The notes below the pieces were generated by a model, which saw only the letters and a program-made list of their open reading frames with translations, had not been told where the DNA came from and did no database searches. Shown here piece after piece: positions 24,395 to 34,380 of a stretch of DNA of 64,000 nt. Each line of letters begins with the position of its first letter. Positions within the stretch are counted from its first letter, which is position 1. The stretch covers positions 265,743-329,742 of the forward strand of contig DJLZ01000005.1 in NCBI GenBank assembly GCA_002436405.1, in the 5' to 3' direction. Origin of the DNA: Proteobacteria bacterium UBA6503. GTDB lineage: Bacteria; Pseudomonadota; Alphaproteobacteria; UBA1280; UBA6503. Position numbers and translations under genes: made by a program.

Positions 24395-25421
24395 GAATAT
24401 TGCGCCCATTATCATGGGTTTTGACGGGTACACACTTACCCCTGAAACTCGTGAGCTTTTTTTGAAGCTTAACCCAGCGGGCTACATCCTATTTAAGCGT
24501 AACTGTAAAGACGCCGAACAAGTGAAAGCACTATGTGCTGAGCTTGGGCGTCTTTCGCCGTTTAAAACCCCTTTGATTTTTATCGATCAAGAAGGCGGTC
24601 GTGTGAACCGCATTCATTGGGACCCTTACATGGGCCCGACCCCACGTGAGATTGGTAAGATTTACGAACAATCGCCTGAAAAGGGCCTACGCGCTGCCGA
24701 ACTTAATGCCTACCTGATTGCCCGCCAGCTACGTGCTTACGGCATTACAGCAAACTGTGCCCCAGTTGCCGACTTGCTGATTGAAGGCGCAGACGACGTG
24801 ATTGGCGATCGTGCCTTTAGTGCTGACCCTAAAGTAATTTCAGCCCTATGTGCGGCCTCAATTAAAGGCCTGATGGCTGGTGGTGTATGGCCGGTGATTA
24901 AACACGTGCCTGGCCATGGCCGTGCAATGGCAGACTCGCACAAAGAACTACCCGTTGTAGATGCCCCGCTTGAAGAACTTAAGAAAGACTTTGAGCCATT
25001 TAAGGTAAATAACCAATGCCCATTCTTGATGACGGCCCACGTGCGTTACACCGCAGTAGACGAGGGGCGATGTGCAACAGTTTCATCACGTACGCTTAAC
25101 GGGCTTATCCGTGAAGACCTAGGCATGAACGGCCTTATCATTGCGGATGACATGTTTATGGAAGCGCTTGAAGGCTCACTGCTTGAACGTATTGAATCAT
25201 CACTTAGCGCAGGGTGTGACCTTGTTATTTGCGGCTCAACCAGCCACCTGACGGGTGAATTTACAGATAAATTCTGGCAGCAGATTAAAAACCTGCCAAC
25301 ACGCCTAAACCTAACACGTGAAGCAAAAGAGAAGCTTGAGAATCTACCTCAGCTCCCAAGTGATGACAGCCTAGACGCTGACGATATGCGCCAAGAAATC
25401 AGCAAGATTATGGCGGCATAA
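24381..25421 (+). CDS. nagZ: Beta-N-acetylhexosaminidase NagZ (GH3)
   Basis: GH3 N-terminal domain motifs (FIDQEGGRVNR, KHVPGHGRAMADSH). The start is taken at ATG 24381 (MLTSKNIAPIIMGFDG), overlapping the SPOR gene end. Confidence 0.8.
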   Translation: MLTSKNIAPIIMGFDGYTLTPETRELFLKLNPAGYILFKRNCKDAEQVKALCAELGRLSPFKTPLIFIDQEGGRVNRIHWDPYMGPTPREIGKIYEQSPEKGLRAAELNAYLIARQLRAYGITANCAPVADLLIEGADDVIGDRAFSADPKVISALCAASIKGLMAGGVWPVIKHVPGHGRAMADSHKELPVVDAPLEELKKDFEPFKVNNQCPFLMTAHVRYTAVDEGRCATVSSRTLNGLIREDLGMNGLIIADDMFMEALEGSLLERIESSLSAGCDLVICGSTSHLTGEFTDKFWQQIKNLPTRLNLTREAKEKLENLPQLPSDDSLDADDMRQEISKIMAA

Positions 25422-25423
25422 CC

Positions 25424-26110
25424 ATGACAGGCGGCACGCTAGACCCAACAACAATTTTGCAGGCAATCTCTATTTGGGGTGTACCTGTTTTGATTGCGAT
25501 TACCTTCCACGAGGCAGCGCACGGCTTTGTTGCCCGCCGCTGTGGAGACGATACCGCTTGGATGCTCGGTCGTGTAACCCTTAACCCGTTTAAACATATT
25601 GACCCTATCGGTACCATTGCTTTGCCACTGATGCTTTATATCTTTAGCGGCTTTATGTTGGGCTACGCTAAGCCTGTACCTGTGAACTTTCGACGTCTTC
25701 GTGATATTAAGTGGGACACTGTGCGTGTAGCAGCAGCAGGCCCGCTTATGAACCTTATTTTAGCCTTTGCCTCAGTGGCATTGCTATGGGTGGTTGTTTA
25801 CCTACCGCAGGCATTCTCAGTGCCATTGGCGAAGATGGTGGCCGCTTCGGTTGTGATTAATATTATTCTGATGGCATTTAACCTTATTCCGCTACTGCCG
25901 CTTGATGGTGGCCGTATTCTGCATGCGCTTTTGCCCATGCGCCTACAGATACCTTTCGGTCAGACCGAACGTTATGGTATCTTCATCGTATTAGGGTTGG
26001 CCTTTATGGGGTGGCTAGGGTTTATTATTTTGCCTGCGCTTAACCTAATTGTAGGCCTTTTGAACTATGTTTCGCCTGTTAACTTATTTTTAATTATCAA
26101 TAGCTTGTAG
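25424..26110 (+). CDS. Small M50-family (site-2 protease-like) membrane metalloprotease
   Basis: 228 aa with HEAAHGF (HExxH) in the first TM region and several TM helices. Confidence 0.6.
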   Translation: MTGGTLDPTTILQAISIWGVPVLIAITFHEAAHGFVARRCGDDTAWMLGRVTLNPFKHIDPIGTIALPLMLYIFSGFMLGYAKPVPVNFRRLRDIKWDTVRVAAAGPLMNLILAFASVALLWVVVYLPQAFSVPLAKMVAASVVINIILMAFNLIPLLPLDGGRILHALLPMRLQIPFGQTERYGIFIVLGLAFMGWLGFIILPALNLIVGLLNYVSPVNLFLIINSL

Positions 26111-26125
26111 TGCTAAATTTATAAA

Positions 26126-26926
26126 ATGCTTAAAGATATTCTGCTTTTCATATTTACCCCACCAGGCATCATCCTATGGCCGGGTATTTTGGCGCTATAC
26201 TTTTGGCGTAAAAAGCCTAAGCAAGCTTGGGGTTGGTTATTTATGGGCGTGCTGTTGGGGTGGATGTTCTCAACACCTGCGCTAGGCCGTGTACTTTCAA
26301 CAACGCTGATTTCAAACGTTAAAGCGCCGATGAACATCGTGCCCGAAAACGTAGACGCTATTATTGTGCTAACAGGTGGTATGAAGTACGTGGGTAATGC
26401 TGGGTGGATTCCGTCAGCAGCGTCATACCAGCGTGCGATGGTGGCTTATGATATTCAAGCCCGCGTAAACTCACGCGTACCTATTATTATTTCAGGCGGT
26501 AAAACAGCAGGGGTGCAATACCCGTCAGAAGCTAAAGTGGTGAGTGACCTTATTAACCGCCATAAAGCGCAGATTACGCCAACGATTTTGGAAGAAAACT
26601 CACTCAACACCTACGAAAATGCACAAGAAGTTGCCCGTATGGTGCGTGACCGTGGGGCTGATACAGTATTTTTGGTAACGGACGAGCTACACATGCTACG
26701 TGCGCTTGCAACGTTCCGTGCACGAGGGTTAGACCCTATGCCAATCCCTGTATTTACCATTAACCGTGGTAAACTTGATTTTTCAGACTTCATGCCAACT
26801 ATGGCAGGCGCTAAGGAAAACTATGCAGCAATGTATGAGTTATTAGGCCTTGCACGTTATATGATGGCGGGGTATGTAAGATGGGCAGACGTTTTTTATA
26901 CGCCTGCTGCAAATGAACTAAATTAA
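26126..26926 (+). CDS. DUF218 (YdcF/ElyC/SanA-like) envelope protein
   Basis: 266 aa with N-terminal TM helices and a DUF218-like core (IIVLTGG ... [13 protein letters not shown]). Confidence 0.55.
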   Translation: MLKDILLFIFTPPGIILWPGILALYFWRKKPKQAWGWLFMGVLLGWMFSTPALGRVLSTTLISNVKAPMNIVPENVDAIIVLTGGMKYVGNAGWIPSAASYQRAMVAYDIQARVNSRVPIIISGGKTAGVQYPSEAKVVSDLINRHKAQITPTILEENSLNTYENAQEVARMVRDRGADTVFLVTDELHMLRALATFRARGLDPMPIPVFTINRGKLDFSDFMPTMAGAKENYAAMYELLGLARYMMAGYVRWADVFYTPAANELN

Positions 26927-26955
26927 TTAATAGCTTAAAGAAAGCGGAGGCTCAA

Positions 26956-27315
26956 ATGTTTGGTCTAGGTATCGGCGAACTACTTATTATTCTTGTTGTT
27001 GTACTTGTTCTGTTTGGCGCAGGAAAATTGCCAAACGTAATGGGTGATGTTGGCAAAGGCTTGTCAGAGTTCAAAAAGGGCATGGCTGGTATCTCAGAAG
27101 ATGAGAAAGAAGCTAAAGAAGAGCCTGCACCAACTGTTGTAAAAGCCACTGCTAAAAAAGCACCAGCTAAGAAAACAGCTGCTAAGAAGGCGCCTGCTAA
27201 AAAGACAGCTGCTAAATCAACAGCTAAAAAAGCGACAGCCACCAAAAAGCCTGCCGCTAAGAAAACAGCTGCTAAAAAATCTACAGCGAAGAAGTCAACC
27301 AAGAAGACTTCATAA
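26956..27315 (+). CDS. tatA: Sec-independent translocase TatA/E with a roughly 60-aa lysine/alanine-rich C-terminal tail
   Basis: [26 protein letters not shown] followed by an amphipathic helix, then (AKK/TAAKK) repeats. Confidence 0.8.
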   Translation: MFGLGIGELLIILVVVLVLFGAGKLPNVMGDVGKGLSEFKKGMAGISEDEKEAKEEPAPTVVKATAKKAPAKKTAAKKAPAKKTAAKSTAKKATATKKPAAKKTAAKKSTAKKSTKKTS

Positions 27316-27344
27316 GGCTTAACCTATAGGGCTTAAGGCTTAGC

Positions 27345-27554
27345 ATGTTTGATATTGGTCTCACCGAAGTTGCGTTAATCTTGCTCGTGGCAATTTTTGC
27401 CATCGGGCCTGAACGCATGCCTGAGGTTGCTCGTTTTTTGGTTAAAGCCAAGCGCATGCTAAACAAACTTACCCTTGATGTTAAAAGCCTTTGGGACGGT
27501 ATTGACCTGCCTGAAGACAACGTAAAAGACGTTAAGCATGACAGCAAAAAATAA
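27345..27554 (+). CDS. tatB: TatB (short form)
   Basis: 69 aa MFDIGLTEVALILLVAIFAIGPERMPE. It is the second TatA-family gene directly before tatC. Confidence 0.7.
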   Translation: MFDIGLTEVALILLVAIFAIGPERMPEVARFLVKAKRMLNKLTLDVKSLWDGIDLPEDNVKDVKHDSKK

Positions 27555-28350
27555 AACCCAAACCTCAGCAAAGCCTATTCAGGATGCCACGCAAGATACG
27601 GCACCTTTGGTTGAACACTTAAAAGAGCTGCGCACCCGCCTGATGATTGGCATTGGCGCCGTATTCGTAGGGTTTTTGGTGTGCTATGGCTTTAAGGAGG
27701 CTTTGTTTGTTTGGCTTACGGCACCGCTGTTTGAAAACTATGGCCATCAAATGGTGTTTACCGCACCGCACGAACTTTTCTTTACATACCTTAAGCTTTG
27801 TTTCCTTGGTGGGTTCTTTATTGGGATGCCATTCTTATTTGATCAAATCTGGCGTTTTGTGGCCCCGGGTCTGTACGCTGAAGAAAAGAAGGTTGTTCTA
27901 CCATTCTTACTAGCCACTCCAATTTTGTTTTACGCAGGTGGCTTGTTTTCATACTTCGTTATTATGCCGCTGGCGATTGAGTTCTTTTTTGGTTTTGCAA
28001 ACGAAGCCATTATGCCGCTGCCTTCAGCGCGTGAGTACTTAAGCTTTTTCATTAAGCTAACCTTTGGTTTTGGCTTGGCGTTTGAGTTGCCAGTTCTACT
28101 GCTTATCTTAGCCAAAGTAGGGCTTGTGAATGCTGACCGTTTGGTGTGGTTCCGCCGTTATAGCTGGTTGTGTATTCTTATCCTATCTGCGGTGCTGACA
28201 CCGCCTGATCCATTGTCGCAAGTGCTATTGGCACTGCCGATGGTCTTCCTTTACGAGGTTTCAATCTTCCTTATTCGCCGCAGTGAAAAGAAAAGCGAGA
28301 AGAAGGGCGAAAAGAAAGCCTCTAAAGCTTCTTCTAAATCATCCAAATAA
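27538..28350 (+). CDS. tatC: TatC
   Basis: 270 aa with a 6-TM TatC pattern and a lysine-rich C-terminal tail. Confidence 0.85.
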   Translation: MTAKNKTQTSAKPIQDATQDTAPLVEHLKELRTRLMIGIGAVFVGFLVCYGFKEALFVWLTAPLFENYGHQMVFTAPHELFFTYLKLCFLGGFFIGMPFLFDQIWRFVAPGLYAEEKKVVLPFLLATPILFYAGGLFSYFVIMPLAIEFFFGFANEAIMPLPSAREYLSFFIKLTFGFGLAFELPVLLLILAKVGLVNADRLVWFRRYSWLCILILSAVLTPPDPLSQVLLALPMVFLYEVSIFLIRRSEKKSEKKGEKKASKASSKSSK

Positions 28351-28521
28351 GCCCGTATAAAAGGCGCAAAATTGCTCAATTTTTCCTGCTGTTTTTAAGT
28401 AGGATAAAAAAGACGCACCCGTACCCCAAAACCTATGGGAAAAACATCCTCAAGGTGGTATTTTGAAGGCCCTCTTGTTAGGATTATGAATATAAATTTT
28501 TACAAATTTCTGAGTTATAAA

Positions 28522-29811
28522 ATGCACGATATTAAATGGATTCGCGAAAACCCTGAAGCTTTTGATGCCTCACTTGAAAAACGTGGCGCTCAGCCTCAAT
28601 CAGCTGAGCTTCTTAAACTAGACGAAGAACGCCGTACTTTGATGACGGAACTTCAAACGCTGCAAAGCAAGCGTAACGATATTTCAAAACAAGTGGGTAT
28701 TGCGAAGTCTAAAAAAGAAGATGCCTCACACCTGTTCGAAGAAATGAAGACCATTGGCCCAGCCGTTAAAAAGCTGGAAGAACAAGTGGCCGAGCTTGAT
28801 GAAAAGCAAACTGAAATTCTAGTAACGCTTCCAAACATCCTTGATGCCTCAGTGCCAGCAGGTAAAGACGAAGACGATAACGTAGAAGTGCTTAAATGGG
28901 GCGAGCCTAAAGACATCGCAAACCCACAAGCCCACTACGACCTTGGCGAAGCCCTTGGTATGATGGACTTTGAAATGGGTGCTAAACTAGCGGGTAGCCG
29001 CTTTGTTTGGTTGCAAGGTGGTTTGGCCCGTCTTGAGCGTGCGCTTACGGCATTTATGCTTGATACCCATACTCAGCGCCACAACTACACTGAAGTTTCA
29101 CCACCGTTTATGGTGAACGAAAAAGCACTATTCGGTACAGGTCAGCTCCCTAAGTTTGACGAAGATCTTTTCAAAACCGACATGAACTACATGCTGATCC
29201 CAACATCAGAAGTACCGCTTACAAACTCAGTACAGGGTGAAATTCTATCAGCTGAAACACTACCAATTAAGCTTACGGCGGCAACACCTTGCTTCCGTAG
29301 TGAAGCAGGCTCAGCAGGGCGTGATACACGTGGCATGATTCGTGTTCACCAGTTTACAAAAGTTGAAATGGTTCAGATTGTTCACCCAGAAAAATCATTC
29401 GAAGCGCTAGAAGAAATGCGCGGCCACGCCGAGCACATTCTACAGCAGCTTGGCTTGCCATACCGCGTTGTAAACCTTTGCAGTGGCGATATTGGCTTTG
29501 GGGCTCACAAAACTTACGACCTTGAAGTTTGGCTACCAGCCCAAGGCAAGTACCGTGAAATTTCATCAGTTTCAAACTGTGGTGCATTCCAGGCACGCCG
29601 CATGAAGGCACGCTTCCGCAGTGGTGAAAAACAAACCGAATTTGTACACACGCTAAATGGCTCAGGCCTAGCGGTTGGCCGTACGCTTGTTGCTGTTCTT
29701 GAGAACTACCAACTGGCCGACGGCAGCATTGCAATCCCTGAAGTGTTGCAGCCATACATGGGCGGCCAAAAGGTGATTAGCAAACCACAAGAACATAGCA
29801 AAGCAGGTTAG
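28522..29811 (+). CDS. serS: Seryl-tRNA synthetase
   Basis: The start is taken at [12 protein letters not shown]. It has an N-terminal coiled-coil and class II motifs ([29 protein letters not shown]). Confidence 0.9.
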   Translation: MHDIKWIRENPEAFDASLEKRGAQPQSAELLKLDEERRTLMTELQTLQSKRNDISKQVGIAKSKKEDASHLFEEMKTIGPAVKKLEEQVAELDEKQTEILVTLPNILDASVPAGKDEDDNVEVLKWGEPKDIANPQAHYDLGEALGMMDFEMGAKLAGSRFVWLQGGLARLERALTAFMLDTHTQRHNYTEVSPPFMVNEKALFGTGQLPKFDEDLFKTDMNYMLIPTSEVPLTNSVQGEILSAETLPIKLTAATPCFRSEAGSAGRDTRGMIRVHQFTKVEMVQIVHPEKSFEALEEMRGHAEHILQQLGLPYRVVNLCSGDIGFGAHKTYDLEVWLPAQGKYREISSVSNCGAFQARRMKARFRSGEKQTEFVHTLNGSGLAVGRTLVAVLENYQLADGSIAIPEVLQPYMGGQKVISKPQEHSKAG

Positions 29812-29819
29812 GCGATTAG

Positions 29820-30560
29820 ATGTCGAACACCATGAACCTCCTCACACCTGAAGGCAAAATGGCTGCCGCGAAAGAGCGTCTGATTGACGAACTTCGTGCC
29901 GGTGGCATTGCCAATGAAAAGGTGCTTGAGGCTGTTCGTGCTGTACCTCGTGAAGCTTTTGTACCCGCACCATTCCAGCGTGATACTTACGCAAACCGTG
30001 CACTGCCAATCGGCGAGGGGCAAACAATCTCGCAGCCTTATGTTGTTACACTAATGACCTATGCAGCTCATGTTGAGCCGCATCATAAAGTACTCGAAAT
30101 TGGTACAGGCTCAGGCTACCAAGCTGCTATTTTGTGTAAGCTTGTACGTCGCTTGTTTACTATCGAACGCTTTGAGTCACTACGTGTAAAGGCCGAGCGC
30201 ACATTGCACAATATTGGCATTTTTAACTTTTCAAGTAAGCTTGGTGATGGTTCAAAAGGCTGGGCAGAACAAGCCCCGTTTGACCGTATTGTTGTAACAG
30301 CAGCATCGCCTAAGGTACCGCAAAGCCTGCTGAATCAACTTGCGCCTAATGGCGTATTGGTGATTCCGGTAGGTGAAACGGATGCCGAACAAAAGCTTAT
30401 GCGCTACACAAAAAACGCAGCAGGCGAGGTGGCTGAATACTGCCTAGGCCCTGTTAAGTTTGTGCCCCTTATTGGTGAAGAGGGTGCCCCTGACCATAGC
30501 GCAACAAACCAAACCATTGCCGGCCGTATTGCCAGCCTAACGATGAGAGGTTCTAAATAA
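29820..30560 (+). CDS. pcm: Protein-L-isoaspartate O-methyltransferase
   Basis: GEGQTISQPYVV...VLEIGTGSGYQAAIL, the canonical PCMT motifs. The serS-pcm-...-M23 peptidase order is conserved. Confidence 0.85.
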   Translation: MSNTMNLLTPEGKMAAAKERLIDELRAGGIANEKVLEAVRAVPREAFVPAPFQRDTYANRALPIGEGQTISQPYVVTLMTYAAHVEPHHKVLEIGTGSGYQAAILCKLVRRLFTIERFESLRVKAERTLHNIGIFNFSSKLGDGSKGWAEQAPFDRIVVTAASPKVPQSLLNQLAPNGVLVIPVGETDAEQKLMRYTKNAAGEVAEYCLGPVKFVPLIGEEGAPDHSATNQTIAGRIASLTMRGSK

Positions 30561-31144
30561 TGTTCCGCCAGCTATATAACCAAGTATTGCACCTTGCTGC
30601 ACACCCACGTGCCGAGCTTGCATTGTTTATTGTTGCTTTTGTAGAGTCTTCATTTTTCCCAATCCCACCTGATATGATGCTGATTCCGATGATTATCGTG
30701 AATCAAAAACGCGCCTTCCGTTACGCGTTCATCTGTACTGCAGGTTCAGTGATTGGTGGTATTTTTGGCTACTCAATTGGCCTGTTTGCCTACGATACCA
30801 TTGGCAAAACAGCCATTGCCTTTTACGGCCTACAAGAGTCGTTTAATACTCTGGCCGACTGGTACAGCAACTTTGATGTTTACATTGTGGCTGTGGCTGG
30901 TTTCTCACCGATTCCGTATAAAGTATTCACGCTATTTAGTGGCTTTATGCAGGCAAACTTTGTTGGCTTTGTGATGGCGTCGATTTTGTCACGTGGGGCA
31001 CGCTTCTTCCTGATTGCATGGTTGTTGTGGCGTGGTGGCGTATCGCTTAAAGGTTGGGTTGAAACAAACCTTTACCCACTCACAATGGCGGCAAGTATTG
31101 TGCTTATCTTTACGATTGTTTTAGTGAAGTACATTGCCCAATAA
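30560..31144 (+). CDS. YqaA-family (COG1238, DedA-like) membrane protein
   Basis: 194 aa with FVESSFFPIPPDMMLIPM. The start overlaps the pcm stop (ATGA). Confidence 0.6.
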   Translation: MFRQLYNQVLHLAAHPRAELALFIVAFVESSFFPIPPDMMLIPMIIVNQKRAFRYAFICTAGSVIGGIFGYSIGLFAYDTIGKTAIAFYGLQESFNTLADWYSNFDVYIVAVAGFSPIPYKVFTLFSGFMQANFVGFVMASILSRGARFFLIAWLLWRGGVSLKGWVETNLYPLTMAASIVLIFTIVLVKYIAQ

Positions 31145-31178
31145 CCCAAACCAATAACAAACTTAGAGATACAGAATA

Positions 31179-32240
31179 ATGACAAAAACAAAACTGACTC
31201 TCCCTGTTTTAATGGCGCTTACCGTTGCAGGTTGTGCAACCCAACCCCCTGCACCCGTAGAGCAAAGTTATTGGAATGCCAAAAACACCGACACACGCTC
31301 GGCGTTGCGTAGCACACCTAATGTTGTTGAAGAATACGAAGAGAAAACAACCACGGTTGAAACTTACCAACCACAAGGCAAGCAAGCCCTTTACCACGTT
31401 GTTCAAGAAGGCGACACTGTTTGGCGTATTGCCCAAAAATACGATACTGACGTTGCCACCATTAATGAGCTGAATAACATTGGATCTCGCCCAATTTACA
31501 AAGGTCAACGCCTTAAAGTTGCCGAAGCAACCGATGCTGCCGTTAGTGGTGACTACAGCCTAACGCGCACCACCACAACAACCACTAAAAAGGTAGCTGT
31601 AAGCGAAGCTTCAGCAGAAGCGCTTGCCGCAGTTGAACCTGAAGTAAACTACGAGCTTTACCGCGTACGTAAGGGTGAAAACCTATTCCGTATTGGTTTG
31701 AACTACCACGTTTCACCGCTTGATATTATGGCAGCAAATGATATGTCAAAACCTGAAGATTTGCAGGCAGGCTCTGTGATTAAGGTGCCAGTAGTTTCAA
31801 AAGAAGCAACGCCAACAGGTACAGCGATTGAGCGTACAATTAACGAAAAACTCGCCCGCCAAGAAGGCTTCATTTGGCCAACACGTGGTGTTGTAACCAG
31901 TAAGTTTGGCCGTCAGGGCGATGGTGTTGTGAACAACGGTATTAAAATCCGTGTGAAAGAAAGCACCCCAATTTACGCCGCAGAAGACGGTACTGTGATT
32001 TACGCCGATAGCGGCCTTAAAACATACGGTAACCTTATTTTGCTACGCCACAACAACGGCGTGATTACGGCTTACGCCCACAACAGCCAAAACATGGCTA
32101 AACGTGGCGAAAAAGTACAAAAGGGTGAGGTTATTGCCCTTGCCGGTATGACGGGTAACGCCACAGAGCCTCAGCTACACTTTGAGGTACGTCGTAATGC
32201 CCGTGCCATTGACCCACAAAAAGTACTACCAAAGCTATAA
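31179..32240 (+). CDS. LysM/M23 peptidase lipoprotein (NlpD/DipM-like)
   Basis: Lipobox LTVAGC, two LysM-like segments (YHVVQEGDTVWRIAQKY; YRVRKGENLFRIGLNY) and a C-terminal M23 (GIKIRVKE...HLHFEVR). Confidence 0.8.
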   Translation: MTKTKLTLPVLMALTVAGCATQPPAPVEQSYWNAKNTDTRSALRSTPNVVEEYEEKTTTVETYQPQGKQALYHVVQEGDTVWRIAQKYDTDVATINELNNIGSRPIYKGQRLKVAEATDAAVSGDYSLTRTTTTTTKKVAVSEASAEALAAVEPEVNYELYRVRKGENLFRIGLNYHVSPLDIMAANDMSKPEDLQAGSVIKVPVVSKEATPTGTAIERTINEKLARQEGFIWPTRGVVTSKFGRQGDGVVNNGIKIRVKESTPIYAAEDGTVIYADSGLKTYGNLILLRHNNGVITAYAHNSQNMAKRGEKVQKGEVIALAGMTGNATEPQLHFEVRRNARAIDPQKVLPKL

Positions 32241-32257
32241 GATAAGGAAATACCATA

Positions 32258-32770
32258 ATGGATCTTAAACAATACATCCGCGACGTGCCTAACTTCCCGA
32301 AAGAGGGGATCATGTTCCGTGATATTTCACCTCTTTTGGCTGACCCTAAAGCCTGGCAATACGCCATTGACCAAATGGCTGAACGTATTGCTGACTATAA
32401 GCCTGATATGCTGGCTGGTATTGATGCCCGTGGCTTTTTGCTAGCGGCACCTTTGGCCTACAAAATGGGTATTGGTTACTCAATGGTGCGTAAAAAAGGC
32501 AAGCTGCCTTGGCAAACCATCGATTACACCTACGAGCTTGAGTACGGTAACGACCATATTGAACTGCATGCCGATGCCTTCCCGAAGGGCTCACGTGTTG
32601 TGGTGTGTGACGACTTGCTAGCCACTGGCGGTACAGCAGGTGCAACGCAAATTCTTATCGACAAATGCGGGGCTTCACCAGTTGCTCTTGCTTGTTTGAT
32701 TGAACTTGAAGGCCTAGGCGGTCGTGAAAAACTAGGCGGTTTGCCAGTTGAAGCACTGCTTAAGTACTAA
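32258..32770 (+). CDS. apt: Adenine phosphoribosyltransferase
   Basis: PRPP-binding motif VVVCDDLLATGGT. Confidence 0.85.
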   Translation: MDLKQYIRDVPNFPKEGIMFRDISPLLADPKAWQYAIDQMAERIADYKPDMLAGIDARGFLLAAPLAYKMGIGYSMVRKKGKLPWQTIDYTYELEYGNDHIELHADAFPKGSRVVVCDDLLATGGTAGATQILIDKCGASPVALACLIELEGLGGREKLGGLPVEALLKY

Positions 32771-32782
32771 GCGATAACGTTT

Positions 32783-32815
32783 AAAAGCCCCCAGGTAGTA
32801 TGCTTGGGGGCTTTT
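32783..32815. terminator. Bidirectional terminator between apt (+) and nadK (-)
   Basis: aaaagccccc-aggtagtatgctt-gggggctttttatttgg. Confidence 0.6.
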
Positions 32816-32843
32816 TATTTGGATAAGCTATTTTAATATTGGC

Positions 32844-33749
32844 TTATTTGTTGCGCTTTGTATGCGGGCTATCCCAGCCAAACTTCTCACGCAGCACATC
32901 AAAGAAGTTATAATCTTCAGTCACTAAAATCTTCAGGCTATGTTCGCTCTTACCAATAAGCACTTCGTCGCCAGCTTGCATAGGGATGGTCTTACGGCCA
33001 TCAACACTCATGTGGGCAAGGGGGCTATCGTTTGTAATGCGAATATCAGACGGTGGAACCACAACCGGGCGGAATGACATGTTGTGCGGGCAAATAGGCG
33101 CCAAAACAATAGCGTCAATCTGTGGGTGCATAATCGGGCCACCTGCTGAAAGGTTATAGGCCGTTGAACCAGTTGGGCTTGAGATAATCAAGCCATCGGC
33201 ACGCATTTCAAGCACCTGCCACGTGCCGTGCTCAACTTTAAGGTTTAGCATTTTTTCGTCAGCGTTACGCTGAATCACAGCGTCATTCAAAAAGGGGCCT
33301 TGCCATACGTTTTTGCCATCACGGGTAAGTGTGGCTTCATAGTATGAGCGTTCTTGTACTTTAAAGTGGTCGGCTTTTAAATCGTCAATCAGGGTATCAA
33401 GCGTACCTGTGGTCAAAAACCCTAAGTGGCCAAGGTTTACACCCATAATTGGGCAATCGATACCGTATAGGCGTGTTGCGGCGTTTAAAAAGGTGCCATC
33501 ACCACCAAGAACAATAACGGCCTTAGCATCTTCAGCGATTGTACGTAAATCAGCTGAACGCAGACCATCTACCAGTGAACATACGTTCTTTTCGGTGGGT
33601 AGGTCTTTCAAGCTATCTTCCGAAACAATTGGCATAAAGCCCGCTGCCATGCAGTTTTCGGCAAAGGTAGCGGCTACGCCGTGGGCGCGTGGGTCGTTTG
33701 CACGAACAACAATACCAAGTGTAATCAGGTCTGAATTTTGAGAGGTCAT
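32844..33749 (-). CDS. nadK: NAD kinase
   Basis: GGDGT motif (VIVLGGDGTFLNA) and NAD kinase C-terminal beta-sandwich. Confidence 0.8.
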   Translation of the reverse strand: MTSQNSDLITLGIVVRANDPRAHGVAATFAENCMAAGFMPIVSEDSLKDLPTEKNVCSLVDGLRSADLRTIAEDAKAVIVLGGDGTFLNAATRLYGIDCPIMGVNLGHLGFLTTGTLDTLIDDLKADHFKVQERSYYEATLTRDGKNVWQGPFLNDAVIQRNADEKMLNLKVEHGTWQVLEMRADGLIISSPTGSTAYNLSAGGPIMHPQIDAIVLAPICPHNMSFRPVVVPPSDIRITNDSPLAHMSVDGRKTIPMQAGDEVLIGKSEHSLKILVTEDYNFFDVLREKFGWDSPHTKRNK

Positions 33750-33928
33750 AGGTTTAACCGTATTTCTTTTTGTTTAGCATCAAGGTTTTAGCTTGAGTCA
33801 CCATGGCATAAGTGTGCCTTTTTTTAATGCACTCGGCAAGGCTGTAACATAACCATGCTTGCTTATGCGATTAAACAAGAGTAAAAATAGTCATAATTTC
33901 AAACTAATATAATAAAAAGGCCTTTCAA

Positions 33929-34339
33929 ATGCTTATCGAAACTGCATACGCACAAACCGCAGCGGCCCCAGTTCAGGGTGACGCTATGATGACAATTTTC
34001 CCTCTAGTTCTTATGCTTGGTGTGTTTTACCTATTGGTAATGCGCCCACAAATTAAGCGTGAGAAAGAGAAACGCCAAATGCAAGACGACGTACGTCGCG
34101 GCGATAAAGTAATTACCCTAGGCGGTATCGTTGCTGAAATCGTTAAGGTTGAAGACGACCACTACCTAGAAGCTACAATCGCAGAAGGCGTAAACGTACG
34201 TATTGCAAAATCTGCTGTTGAAGGTGTTGTAACGAAGGGTATCCCTAAGGCAACTGCTGCTAAACCTGCTAAAAAAGCAAACGGCAAAACACCTGCGCCG
34301 AAAGCAAAGAAAACAGCTAAAAAGACAACTAAAAAGTAA
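33929..34339 (+). CDS. yajC: Preprotein translocase subunit YajC with lysine-rich C-terminal tail
   Basis: One TM helix followed by RGDKVITLGGIVAEIVKVEDD. It lies upstream of secDF. Confidence 0.8.
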   Translation: MLIETAYAQTAAAPVQGDAMMTIFPLVLMLGVFYLLVMRPQIKREKEKRQMQDDVRRGDKVITLGGIVAEIVKVEDDHYLEATIAEGVNVRIAKSAVEGVVTKGIPKATAAKPAKKANGKTPAPKAKKTAKKTTKK

Positions 34340-34380
34340 GTAATACTCAGGCTTTTGAGTACAGCTGACGGAGAATAAAA